Assembly: GCA_010909165.1 (NCBI GenBank)
Contig: MU008166.1
Location: forward strand, 496,001-560,000
Source: Anthoceros angustus
Lineage: Eukaryota; Plantae; Anthocerotophyta
Direction: 5' to 3'
Length of the DNA: 64,000 nt
A program made the position numbers and the translations under genes. How positions within the stretch are numbered: the first letter of the stretch is position 1; each line of letters begins with the position of its first letter. This document shows, one piece after another, positions 22,200 through 37,841 of the stretch. The notes under the pieces were generated by a model. That model was not told where the DNA came from. It ran no database searches and saw only the letters and a program-made list of their open reading frames with translations.

Positions 22200-23330
22200 G
22201 GTATCAACAAGTACATTCACTCATATGATATGAATTCTGTATGTAAATCCTTAAAGAGTTTTGGCTTAAACTTGTCTGATTCCAAAGATGAAGAAGATGA
22301 CACAACTGCAAAAAAACTCTTCCTCCTTTGAAGCTGTATAACGACTTAAACCCATGTTGACGAATGGAGTCGCATGACATGCTGTATCGCACAAGAACTT
22401 GTATGCTCGTCCACTTTGTGAAATCAGGTGAAGAGTCATCTTGGATATTTGTAGCACTTTACAATTCATAACATTATGTAACCCTTTCATGGCTTGAATG
22501 TTCAAAGTCACTCCCCTCGGATAACTTTCAGCGCTGTATACAAAGAGCTTGTTTCGGTCAATCTCAGAAAATTTACGATGCCTATGAATAGCATCGGATG
22601 AGCGCCGTCATTTGAAGTGCACTTTTTGTGTAGTGACGGTGTACGCCGATGTCCTTGTGTCCTATGTTCTTGATATCGACGAATGGGTAGCGGATAGCAG
22701 CGTCTGAAACACCACAGTGCTGGAAGTCTACCTTCACCATCTACCTTTAAGAAGCAATGCGGGTGTGCGACAAGGTTGTCCACTTAGTCCACATCTGTTC
22801 TGTATACACATTAGAGGCTTATAGGAGATGCTTGAGACATTGGACAAAGTGGACCCTATGCTTTAAATGGAAAAAATCATAATTTGCCATTTTGCAAGAG
22901 GAAGAGTCTGCTGGTCAACATGAAGAACACATAAATAATGAGTTTCAATGTCAAGTCGCTCAAGCCAGACTGGAAGCCCTTTAAGTTTGATGCACAAAAC
23001 ATTACACCCACAAAGGTGTACAAGTACGTAGAAATGGAAGTCAGACAGTAGCAAGCCCATGTAACACAACAGGCAGAAGCAGCAATGACCTTGCAACTAC
23101 TAAGGTTTCAGGGAATCCACAATAAGCTGACACATAACTGCATGACAGATTCCCATCTGGCCATGATTGTATTCAAGAGTTTGAAGCCAATTTCTTTATG
23201 CAGTGGAAGTATCAGGACCGCCATGTTTCCCGACCCACTGGACAAATATAGAGGGGGTACAAATTGCTTTCATGAGAAAGCTAGTGCGATTGCACATGAG
23301 AACATAGAGGATAGTCATTCTAGCAAAATT
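22200..23330 (-). mobile_element. Degraded KDZ/CxC-type transposase-like relic
   Basis: Fragments in broken frames, in the expected order: ETWRS*YF...CGFPETLVV; LPALWCFRRCY...CTSNDGAHPMLFIGIVNF; GY..YP...ISQ(V)DE; FLQLCHLLHLWN. Confidence 0.4.
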
Positions 23331-24389
23331 GGAGGAGTTCCCGTTGTAGTAGGTTCAGGTACTGAAGCAAACTCTTAGATTTTCATAGAATGGCTAGAGT
23401 TGCACTACTGGAAAATATCAAGTTGCATAAAGAAGGTAAGAATTCATGGTGGATACACTTCGCAATATGGTTACAAATATTCGGACTTTGTTTCACAAAA
23501 AAGAAAATCAGATTAATATTTACAGCAAGTAGCTGTAAGAGGATCACAAAGAGCGGAATCTGAGTTAGGTTTCCATATCAGTCGGAGAGAAAGGCATAGG
23601 AAGAAAGTCTTCCTCCCTACCACGCCGTTACTGACGTCAAGTGACAGTCAATTACCTTTGATTCGTCTTGGTAGCAATAGAATGATGTGACAGACCCTTT
23701 TGTAAATATCTCTTTGGGTAGTAACCGAAAGGAGACCACTAATATTGCACAGTAAAGGATTCGGACCTTTAGCAGAGAGCTTTCAACAAATTATAGATAA
23801 ACTCATCGAAGAAGCAAACATAAGAAAGGACTTGGCTTCACTAGATATATCTAGAGAATAACTATTTTACAGGGAACACGCACACCCAGGAGGAGAGTAC
23901 ATAACGTAGAGGTACCTCATATGTAATATGAGCAAACTGAGGATGAGTGTTATGGCTCCCTCCATTTCGCTGTCAGGCACATAGTTTATAAATTGTATCG
24001 GATAGGCAGCTACCTGGAAGGGGTGAATAATCAAGGGGTTTTCCAATAATCTACGAAGGGGTTTTTGATGGGCCCTAAAACAGTGTTTTTAAGGCATTCC
24101 GGAAAACATCTCCGAAAAAAAGGGTGTCACCTTCCAAAGTTCCTACTTTCCATCCAGCAATATTTCTGTCATATGGTGGTTGCAAACTCGAACCTATGGG
24201 ATTAATGCAAAGTAGGAACGGTAAGGAAAAAGTTCTAGGAAGGACGGTTAAATTGATTTGGGAGGAAAATGTGGTTTAGTAAGGACACAACAAAAGCCAC
24301 GGATAGGGTATTTCCAAAACACAGTAACATCTGGAATCCAGACGTACAACATTCACTCTGGGACCCCGGGACAAACCGTGATTTCAGTT

Positions 24390-25212
24390 TCACTCATCAC
24401 CAGAGTTCAATCCTTCGTCATCACTTGGTCCAGCTTCTCCAACATTGTCATCACTATCTTCAGCGGCACTTTGACTCGCAGGCTGTATGAAGCAGCACAA
24501 CTCGCAGAGCTTATCCCTTATCGCTTTTTTGTCCACCACATACACATGTTTCCGTGTGTTCAACACTAACCCATAATACAGGATGGCTATTTCATTCACA
24601 AACACCTCATGTATGTTTTTTGGGTAATGGACCTTATTCCCTTTTTTCCTTGGCATTAGACCAGATGGGTTAGCACTCTGACGGACTATGTATTCCTACA
24701 CATATCTCCCTTCGTACGCATCTGTGTGCTCGGTCCGATACCAGTGGATAAGAAAGTGAAGTCGTGGTGCATCTAGCTTCGTGCCAATGACTCTCCCCAA
24801 TCCAGAATGACCTGTTATGCGTGTCAATAGTGCACGGCACTGCCAGAAACATCTCCTTCAAGATTTTCTTTATGTCCCCATTCATTCGCGCCATTCCCAC
24901 TGTTGCCTTCCGACATTTTGATATGCCCCCAAGTACATATCACGCTATGGGAGGTCCCTCAATAATGCCTCATCTTGCAAAGCTTCATCCGGCACTTGAA
25001 GTGGTCAGGCTCTATGATCCACTTCTGCACGTGAAAACCACTTCAAGGAGGTGAAAGAGCCCAATGTTATTCTCCACAATGATAGCAATCTCCTTCCGTC
25101 CACTCAAAGGCTTCCCACCACTTGTACTCTTCAACTCACCTATGGACGCAAATCTTTTAACCCTTCCTCCAAATGGGCCACACCTTCCATCGGTGATAGG
25201 ATACCCTGCCAT
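24390..25212 (-). mobile_element. Degraded DDE integrase relic (Ginger/gypsy-like)
   Basis: GMARMNGDIKKILKEM...TIDTHNRSFWIGESHWHE resembles the integrase-core end GxVERxNxxIKxxL...NxSxHxxIGxSPxE. The frames are broken. Confidence 0.4.
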
Positions 25213-25264
25213 TCCCTAGGGCATTCTTGTTCCCTAGCTTCACCGCATGCAGTAGGATGGCAGG

Positions 25265-25545
25265 GAGGCGCCGCGCCTCCCCTAGCACACCACCGTCGGT
25301 GCATGTGAGCTAGGGAGTGCCACACTGGTGCCCTCCCCAAAGATGCTGCTCATTGGCGCCGGCCGGCCGCGCCTCCCCTAGCACACCATGGGGGCCTACT
25401 GGCCGCGCCTCCCCTAGCACACCTGCCCATGAGCGTAGCACGCCTCCTCTACACACCCCGCCCCAACACGCCATGCCCCATGGCGCCGGCCGGCCTCCCC
25501 TAGCACACCCCGCCTACCCATGGGCTCCTGGCGCCGCCATGGACT
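25265..25545. repeat. GC-rich clustered repeat gccgcgcctcccctagcacac x4
   Basis: Copies near 25270, 25366, 25403 and 25489. Confidence 0.75.
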
Positions 25546-26309
25546 CCTCGTAGGCTGTCTTCAAGAAAATCAATATTTAGCGGCTCAATAGCCTAGCAAC
25601 TTGGGACCGTTGGTTAAGTGCTTGGGAAAAAGGAGTAGTAATGAATACGTTCTGTGTTCGGAACCCGTATCTTTTTAGTAACTCAACTTTGTTGATTTTA
25701 AGGATGCTTGCATGGGCGCATGGGCAACTAACTTTGTTCATTTTAAGGACGCTGACATTGCCTTAAAGCCCAAGTGGTTGCATTGAGTGCTAGAAGGTTG
25801 AAAACCACGACTGGCGACCTTTTGGATGAGGGTCAGCAGACCCTAGATGCTGTGTGGCAGTCGACACCATCGAACGCTGGGCCCAAGAATGATACTACTG
25901 AAGACGAGCAAGCAATGGAGGAGAACGACAACTTTGAGGCGGAGGATATGGACTGCCTCCGAAATATGGCGGTGGTACTTGACTCAGTTTCGGCGCAAGG
26001 CATGGATGAGTCGCTAGGCCGCACTCTTGAATGACTGTTTTCGATGCCGATGACCACTTCCTCCTTTAGCAGTTGTTTATTGCAATGTGCTCACGACCAT
26101 TGAAATGAGACTCCCGCTAGTACAGGATTGTTTTCATTGTGTTCCACCACTTGAAAGTAAAAGTTTTCGTTTGTAATAAACATATGAAAATGGTAGCCCT
26201 CTATGCATTCTACAAAAACGCAGACGGGCCCACACCCTCCTGTGCTCCAGTTCTCGGGTGTAGACTTGAAAGTGTGTCTTTTATCAAAGGTATGACCTCA
26301 GAAAGGATG

Positions 26310-26530
26310 TGCACATTATCAAAGTAGGGCAGATATGCTGTTGCAGGAAGGGTGTACATCGTGACAAGGGGGTGTTGTCTCGACCGAAGGGGGATACTAT
26401 ATTCCCCCCCTTCAAAAATTATCATATTAGATGCAAAAAGGGCGAGATAAAGGATGAGGCCCATCATGTTTTCTTCTGTGACGGGGTATCTGAAGAGAGG
26501 GCTACAATACTGGTACATTTATTACAAACT
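26310..26530 (+). mobile_element. Non-LTR retrotransposon ORF2 C-terminal zinc-knuckle relic
   Basis: RCKKGEIKDEAHHVFFCDGVSEER fits the CxxCxxGxxEDExHxxFxCxxxxxxR knuckle; the first Cys is degraded. Confidence 0.5.
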
Positions 26531-29500
26531 GGAAGGATTGCAACCAATCATGCAAGAATCACCACAACGATTTGCAACATTGTTACAGAGGACGAACGGA
26601 CGAATGGGAAGAATACCAAGGAGAAGACGACGTAATTGGAGAAATGCAAGATACCAAATTGGACCACAACAACTTGTAAGACATATTCGCACTCTAGTTA
26701 CCAAGAATCCAGGATCTGCGAACATAGGATGCAAGGGCATTAGCAACATTGCACAATCTCTCCTTCTCCATTCCCTTCACTATCTACCTCCTCTTCCTTT
26801 GTTACCCTCTCTCGGCTCCCGACATTAGCTCCCTTCAATTAAGATTTTTAAATTCTTTGTTCTCTTTCTTAATTATTTAATTTAATTTAATATTTATTTA
26901 TGCTCTTTTTTCTATTTATACCATTTAATTAGCTTCTTTCAATTTTCTTTGGACCCTTCTCTTTTTCTCCATTCCCTTTACTACTTGGCTTACTTTTTTT
27001 CTTCTTTTTAATTATGATTCTAATGATAATGATGATTATTATTATTGTCTCGTTTATACCCTCCATTTAGGATCACCTATCATCAATGATCACCCATACC
27101 GGTTTTCTATCATTATAACCTTGGTGGACCAAAACAAATCTTGAAGAGTTGGAGAAAACCGAAGACGACTCAAGGAGCTAACAATGCGTAGCTAATTCCA
27201 TATAGTGTTAGCTGAGTATGTAGCGAGCTTAAACCTCACAAAAGAAAGCCTTACAGGGGGTCAGCCCACGCTGATGAGGGGCACGCCGGCTTCCCATGTG
27301 CGAGACCTGGGGGTTGCAAGACCTGCTTTTAGTTTCCAGTATCATGAAGCTCACACTCGCCATGCGCCTCAAATTCGCTATGCTCCTCATATCCTCATAG
27401 TGTGTTGGAAAGAGAATCTCTCGGAGGTACTTGCCGATATAGGGGAGAAATTAAAAAGTCATAAATTGATCCAAAAAAACCCTAAACCAGTTTCAAACAA
27501 ATTTCTAACAGAAAGTAGGGCAGATCCCATGGTCATTCTGGGGTTAAAATGGTTATGGCTTCTTCAGTCCTTGCCACTAAATCTGGCCATTTGCCTGCAG
27601 CCTTTGCATGTTCCATAGCATATCCTAACATGAGGAGGTTTCCAGCCGGGAAACCTCCTCATGCAAAGGAGGGGTTTCCACTTTCCAGCCGGGCACGGGG
27701 GCAAGGGGAACGGGGGAACGGGGGAACGGGGAACGGAGAACGGGGTCCACAGACTCCACAACGTGCGGGGGGCGTGGGCGGAGTCCAAGTCCAAGTCCAA
27801 GTCCCGGGCCTGAGCCTGGGCCTGGGCCTGGGCCTGGTTCCATGGCGCCTTGGGGGGGTTACAGCGTTACAGCGCGTCGCATTGATTGAATGCGTCGCCT
27901 GCGCCTGATAATCGGGGCTCCGGCCGAGGCCCGCAATCGCAGCCGGCCACGCCTTCCCGGCAGTACCTAATAATAAAGGCTGCGGTGCGCTCCCGCACTG
28001 CGCCGGGCACGCCGGCCCCGGCGAAACCTGCTCTTCGTTTCGCATCGATGCTTCATCATCACTCTGCACCTACGCACCAACCCCGGTCTCATCCTCGTCT
28101 TTCTCCTTAATACATTTTCGTACTAACTCCCACTAGGTATTTTAAAGCCTAATACTTCTTATTATCAATATTATATGCTAGATAATGCAAGAATTGATTT
28201 CTTGGATCTTCAAATATTGGATTGGGTTCTGTCATGCCCAAATACCCATGTAAATTAATGTTTCTAGAATAATATATAAAAATAAAATATTAATTAATAA
28301 ATTATTTGAAAACAGTTATAGATTGTATTAGAGTGAAAATCTGGGAGAGTAAAGCTTCATACAATTACCCCAATTTGGCCAGAGATACTAGGTAGACATA
28401 TACATAAAGGAAAGTACTAAGATAATGAAATTAGCTAAATTTAATGAGGTATACCAGACATATTGGTAAGGACCGTACTAGGATAACAAAATGAGCTCAA
28501 TTTGCCAAGTTCGTAGGAGGCACTTAATAAGCTAATGAAGCCTTTCACTATCACTATCCCCTTTGATAGAGGATTGATTCTCGAGGTTGATAACTAACTT
28601 TGGTGGAGAATGTATACCATCTAACTTATCTTTGTTTTCATATGATGCTTGTGGGTGATGGGTTAAGGCAGCTGCATGGCTTCCCTCCCCCTCGGTGTGA
28701 TGCATATATGATAGACCTGGAGTCATTAAATATTTTATTTACCTTGAAAAAATCAATGTAGGAATAAACATTTATATAAAAGAATCCTGTATTTGACAAG
28801 AGGCTGTGGGCTGTTGGCGGTACTAGATGAAGCATGCGGCAGACCTGCCGGCCGCGTTAATCCGACCACATAAACGGGTTGTTAAGTTGTTCGGGATTCG
28901 TGGGCTTGTAAGGTGAGGACATGAAATCATATGCCAAATCAAACGCGGTCAAACGAAAAAGCAGCGGCAGACGCAAGAGGGAACCAAAAAAAGGAAGACG
29001 CCTTAACGACGTTCTACGACGCTGAGTTGTTTACACAAGCTCTTGAACTGGTGAAGCGCGTGGAAATTACTCTCCTGGCCTGGCCTGTGTTCACTGTCTC
29101 TGCCTGCCTGTGCGGGCTGCTTCCGCTCGCCTCCCTTTCCCTCCCCTCCCCGCCCTCTCCCGGCTCCCTCCCCTCGCTGTCTCTGCTTTGCGCTGTCATC
29201 TCTCTCTTCCCAGCACGGGCTGCCCATTGCTCAGGCCAGCCTGATCTCATCGCATTTCCGTTGCGGCAGCTTCCGTTTTGGGGCGCATTTCAGGAGCGCG
29301 CGTCCCTGCTGGTTTCGAGCTTCTGTCGTTTGCTTCAGGCTTCGTCGTGGTTGCGAACTACTGCGCAGGACACCACAGATCCGGCCGGCGTCGCAGCGCC
29401 TGTCTCCTGTAGCGGGCAACTGTTGCCCCCTCCGCTGGTGAGCCACGGTCCTGTCGACCCCCGCGAGGAGGAGGGAATTAGATTGCCCGGAGCCTCGGAG

Positions 29501-30359
29501 TGGGGGAGGGTGCTCCATCGGGAAGGGGAGGACGGCGGAGGCGGAGAGAGGGAAGGAGGGGGAGATTTTGATGCATTGATTATTCAGAATAGTCATTCCG
29601 TAGTGGGAGGTGGAGGGAGGAGAGGTCGAGTGCGCGCACGGACTGCTGGGTGGAAGCAAGGATCCGACTGGGTTGGTGGTGGAGCTGCCGCGGCTTTGGC
29701 TCCTCCGCCGGCTTGCACTTCTTTCGGTTGAGCTCTTGCGGGGCTCAGATTTCGTCTTGCCTAGGGTTTGTTTGCTTGGGTTAGTACCGCTGCAGGCGGA
29801 ATAGCAGGCTTGCAAAGCAACGGACTCTTGAGCTTGGAGGTGGGCAGTATGTAGGAGGGTCGCTGTGGCATATCAGGAAGCTGTCGTGCAGGGACGGGCC
29901 TCGTCAGCGAGCCTTTTGGCGTCCTTGCAGCAGCTGACTGAGTGCTTTTCGGTGCCCAGTGCGCAGTTTTTGGGAACCTGGCTGGCTGTCGACGGCGGGG
30001 AAATCTGGCTTGATTCGGTTGGCAGGTCCTCGGGACACTCCATGTTGAGTGGAGCTCAGCAGTAGGAGGGAGTCGATACACGGCTCAGGGGATCGGATTG
30101 GTGCCCGCTTTTGGAGATCGGGGCGGCAACTCACTCGGCGCAAGTAGCACAATGCTGCTGCGCAGGTGGACAGGATGAAGCTGCATAGATTAGAACTTAG
30201 GTACTGTGCAGGATGGCGTCCAGGAATGGGCAGTGTTGACGTGGTTTACAGTAGGTATCAGCGACTGTGGAGGGTACTGTGCGCTTCCGAGTTGCCTCGC
30301 ACTTGTCCCGGAGCCTCGCGTGTGTAGTGACGACTGGCCCCAGGTAGGGCCGGAATGCA

Positions 30360-33341
<2,982 letters not shown>

Positions 33342-35899
33342 TTGCGGATTGGTTTTGGTGACTTCCCATCTTCATTTTCTTCTGTCAGTCAGTCAGACCA
33401 TTATCAAGTACTGTTGCCAGTGCAAGATCAATTGGCAATATATTTGCAAATTGGTCGGACTGAAATTTTATGCGATTTCATCGTATCATGTTTTCTGGAG
33501 TGAAGCCATATCTGTTCTATCTGCCATTAGGGAAGGAAGCCACATTAGCTTCAGATTTTGGACCCAGGGGACTGAGCAGGTCATGCAACGATGTGAAACT
33601 ATAGCATATATTGAGTTGGAAAATGGCACACAACCAGTGTATCTTGGAAGGACAGTAGCACAGTATGTACAGGTGATCAAGAATTCTCTTATCTGATAAC
33701 GGGGTATGCATTGGGGAATTAGATAGGGTTCAGATTTGAGCCAGTTAACGCATTTGGAGACCTCTGGTGGTCATACCCAATGTATTGCTGGACGACAGAG
33801 AGATTCCTATGAACTCAGGAAGGACTGGTAACAGAATTGCAGAGCCGGGAAGGCAGATGGAGATGGTATTCCGCCCCTTTACATTGAGCTACCTCTTACA
33901 AGGAGAAGTTTTTGCAACCTTGCGCGCACGTTATCTTGGTTTTCTCCTGGTTCATCAGGTTTTTGTGCCATAGCGACGCTGTGGAAAACTCATGATAGGA
34001 CACGTGATGTCCAGAACTCAAAACACCATGTTTTTATTGCATGGGTTGTGCAGGCGACTTTGTTTAATGAGAGCGTGCTATCTTGCTGACAGGCTGGAGC
34101 CAGTCCCTCGCCCAGGATGTCTAGGTGCATTGGCTAACAGGTCTTCTTGTTGTAATAAAGGAGTGTTAGATTTGCGTATAGACTTTGTTGCACACGGTTT
34201 TGTCTCAATATTTCTTAATCCTTTCAGCAACTGTTTTTCTGTAAGCCTGTCATGCAGCAGTGTATTATTGCTCGCCTTCTTCTAACTGTTATCTCTTTTA
34301 ATTCATCGGACCCCTTCTAGGTCGGAATGTGTTCAAGTGTTCCTTGTCTAGTTCTGTTCCTTGAAAGAATGATCCGTTGCAGCAATCAGATCCGTCCCAG
34401 GTTTGAACTTCACATATCTACAAGCTTCAAAAGATGATAAACGACGCTTTCAAACTTGGAATCGACGGACGCGTAATCCGACAGCGTTCAACGAGGTTCA
34501 ACGGCTCAAGCATTCTTGCTGTATGTCTTTGCAGCCGCAGCAATTATCATAATCTCCTACTACACAGTGTGTGTGACATCCATGCTTATGATAGGTGTGG
34601 AGGCAATGCTGTGGAGTCTTCTACAGGCTGCTGCAGTGGATGTACACGCGTGGCAGACCCTTGAGGATATGAAGGGGAAACATCCTGCTTCCTAAATCTG
34701 GCGATGAAGCTGCTGCTCAATTGTCTTCACGTTATTCGCTAACAACGGCACATGCTTTAGCAGTCACCTAACAATTCAGCAGTCATCTAACGATTCAGCA
34801 GTCAGCTGGAGTCAGAAGAGCCAGGGATCTTGTAATCACCATGCTAGGCGTGCCCTGATCATCGGTGTCCATGTTTACCCCGCATCTTTGCTCTTCCATT
34901 TGCAGTCACCCTCCGGATACTCTACATTTCGCAATAAATTTTCCGAGTCACAAGCTGTTCTCGACAACCACAGTGGTCTCCGTTCCTGTCACGGAGAACA
35001 AGCGTTTACACACTTGTGGAGAAGGGTTTCAGTGAGGACCTCGGTCGTGATACCAGAAGCAACCACCAACCGTGCTACTGTGGGCACGATTCGTCCTCCC
35101 AGCTGCGGAAGGAGGGATTCTCGTCACCGACAGCGGTTCGAGGCCACCGATGCCGCTCTATCGACCGTGAGGCAGCCCCTTGCAAGTCGACTGTGGTCTG
35201 TTGGTGTTGGCGGTGATTTTCAGCTGTTTCATGTGCCTGCATCCCGACGACGCGTGCTCAGAGTTGGCGCCTTGTTTGTTCGGATTGGGGGCTCCCCGCA
35301 CCTGCGGATCGGATCCGTCTAGGGACGGGATGTCCTCACCGACGAATGGTTTCTTATGTCGCAGGAAATAGCTGGCGGGGGCTCAGTATGCACCCCGCAT
35401 ACATGTGCTACATCTATGTGCTCAGGACCTTGTTCCTGTTTAACCATGGTCCATTTAGGCACGGGATGTCTTCACGGACGGACAGCTCACAGGGGGCGGT
35501 GATGTTCAGCTTTGGTCCTGCGCTTTCCTGGCTATTCCACTGTTTGGCTTCATTTGGGACCATCGTGATTTCAGCGAACACGTTCTTTCTTGGTGTCCAT
35601 GCTTTAGATGTGTGCGTCTTCAGCTCGAAGCATTTGCAGAAACAGTCTCAACGCGACATGGTTGCACCGAGAGAGCCTATGACCGCAAACGTAGTAGTCC
35701 ACGATAGCGTCACCTACACCCCCTCTACATCGAAGACGATACAGACTAAATGCGCCGGAAAGGGTGGCAAAAGGCGCAGGAAAGGGTGGCAAAGAAAGTG
35801 ACTTTTTTCCCAAGAAAAGTCTATTACATATTACAGTCCTGTTGGAAGTCTATTACGGTCCACTTGGACGGCTTAGAAGAAAAGCTTATGCCAAATGGA

Positions 35900-36253
35900 C
35901 AAGAAGGAGGAGTAGAAGAATATATTATAGTCCACTTGACGGAATTTTCCTCTCATGGGACTTGGTACTTAACAACTTGTACATTTGGAAAAGTTTATGC
36001 CACATGGACACATATTTATAAGAAGAAGAAGAAGAATTTTACTTGCACCAAGGGCATCCATTCCCTTTAGGCACCCCATCTAAGTACCGATCCAAGCGCA
36101 GGATCCAAGCGCTGGATGCTTAATAACCACGTTCTTATATGCTTAATAACCATGTTCTTATAAATGTGTGTCCATTTGGCCTAAGCCATTTGGACACACA
36201 TAAGAACACTGCTGTTAAGCATCCTGTGCTTAGATCTATACTTAGATGGGGTG
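35900..36253 (-). mobile_element. Rearranged cluster of the structured repeat (copies D and E plus an inverted extension)
   Basis: 35900-35984 is a 3' part; 36021-36200 is an internally deleted copy; 36186-36253 is an inverted re-copy of the element's 5' portion. Confidence 0.8.
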
Positions 36254-36539
36254 TTTCAATGGGGGTGTTTCAAGTGCTAAACCAAGAAGCTAAAAAAGCT
36301 ACAAAGTTACAAGGGGTTTTATGTTCCTAGTGCTAACCTAAACCAAGAAGCTAAAAGAAACCTAACGCGATGAGTCCGTGTCCGGAGTGGATCTTAGATG
36401 GGGTGTTTCAATGGGGTGTTCCAAGTGCTAAACCAAGAAGCTAAAAAAGTTACAAAGTTATAAGGGGTTTTATGTTCCTAGTGCTAACCTAAACCAAGAA
36501 GCTAAAAGAAACCTAACGCGATGAGTCCGTGTCCGGAGT
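36241..36539. repeat. ~152-bp direct tandem duplication
   Basis: cttagatggggtgtttcaatgggg...gagtccgtgtccggagt at 36241-36388 and 36393-36539. Confidence 0.9.
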
Positions 36540-36584
36540 AGAACTCGCGGGGGTCTGGCTCTAAAATGGCTGTTAAATCGATAA

Positions 36585-36655
36585 TGCACCGGCCGGGAAT
36601 CGAACCCGGGTCTGTACCGTGGCAGGGTACTATTCTACCACTAGACCACCGGTGC
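36585..36655 (-). tRNA. trnG-GCC: tRNA-Gly (GCC)
   Basis: Reverse complement GCACCGGTGGTCTAGTGGTAGAATAGTACCCTGCCACGGTACAGACCCGGGTTCGATTCCCGGCCGGTGCA folds as a cloverleaf with a GCC anticodon and A/B boxes. A T4 terminator lies ~20 nt downstream. Confidence 0.97.
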
Positions 36656-36808
36656 TATATACCTATGCCTAATTTTATTGTTTTATACACTAATGTTTGT
36701 AACAAAAAGTTCTTTCATTCCCTTCTTCCAAAACATATCATGTGGCCTGAGTGAAGTAGCCATCGACAGCCATACGAAGCCTTGGCAAGAGAGGAGATTT
36801 CTATTATT

Positions 36809-36986
36809 GAAGAAGAATATATTATGGGACTTGGTACTTGACAACTTGTACCATGGTGTGCCCAAGCTACCTGCACCAAGGGGCATCCACTCCCTTCAAG
36901 CACCCCATCTAAGTACCGATCTTCAATCAGGATACTTAATAATGGCGTTCTTATAAATGTGTGTCCTTTTGCCACACATTTATAGA
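36809..36986 (-). mobile_element. Structured dispersed repeat, copy F
   Basis: Reverse complement of the copy B body; lacks most of the 3' stem-loop; ends in the fold-back TATAAATGTGTG...CACACATTTATA. Confidence 0.8.
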
Positions 36987-37084
36987 AGGCAATACAAGGT
37001 ACTCTGGTACGAAAGTTCATTGGCACACACGGTTACCCCGCGGATACAACATTTCGTATTGACGAGACCTTTATACATATCAAG

Positions 37085-37525
37085 CAGCATACAGTATATG
37101 CTTACCAAACTGCTGGCCACAGCCACATCTGCTTAAGTCCTTGTTCTCTGATTTGTTCGTGAAGCTGCTTTCCCTTCTCCAACGCTGGGATGCCCATACG
37201 TGCAGATGCCTGCAAGAGGCAAACAAAATTTGCATAATCGGGTCTAACAACGCCTTCTTCTTGCTATCCCTCTAGAGGTGAAGGGCTACCAGCCTCACGC
37301 CCTGCTGGGAATATCCCGCTATCATGGCACTCTACATCGGCACCATCTTTTGATGAACTCCGTCAAGCACGACCTGGGCATCCTCCAGAACACACTTTCG
37401 GACACGTCTACCAAGCTGTTAGCCTGAAGGCTTTGTTTTCTAATTTGTGCATGAAGCTGCGTCCCTTCTCCAAAGCTGCCGTGCCCACGCTTGCACAGGC
37501 CTGCAAGGAACACACAAATGTCAAC
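37085..37525 (-). pseudogene. PLS PPR pseudogene fragment
   Basis: Decayed L-S-P-L motifs (ACASVGTAALEKG.QLHAQIRKQ; AMIAGYSQQG; PALEKGKQLHEQIREQG) similar to the adjacent PPR genes, with stops and indels. Confidence 0.8.
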
Positions 37526-37841
37526 TATCATAATCACGTACCAGACACAGTGGTTTGACATCCGTGATTGTGATCAGGTGCGGAAACGTGTGACGCTCTG
37601 AGATATGAGCATTCCATAGGTTGCAGCATTGGATGTACACATATATATCAGGCCCTTCAGGATAAACAATAAACACAAACAAGCAGATTTTGACAGTGGG
37701 TAGGAGGTCCCTCTCAGCTGTATTGTCCACAACATATTTAATGCGAGCTTTCTTGACTTCATCTCTTCCTTTCCATCATCACATATATGCTGGTGACTTG
37801 CCCACATGTGGCATAGCCTTACTTTCTTGAAGAAACCTGTT

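Noticed and set aside
28931-29815. 266-aa (+) and 194-aa (-) ORFs
   Set aside because: Low-complexity translations of GC/CT-rich leader sequence upstream of CRK; no domain.
34400-35800. Orphan membrane-protein gene
   Set aside because: Hydrophobic short ORFs and a small internal duplication, but no consistent exon chain or recognisable family.
36400-36585. Dicistronic tRNA-Gly-snoRNA
   Set aside because: A T4 terminator lies ~20 nt after the tRNA, and the downstream DNA is a local duplication with no convincing C/D box pair.
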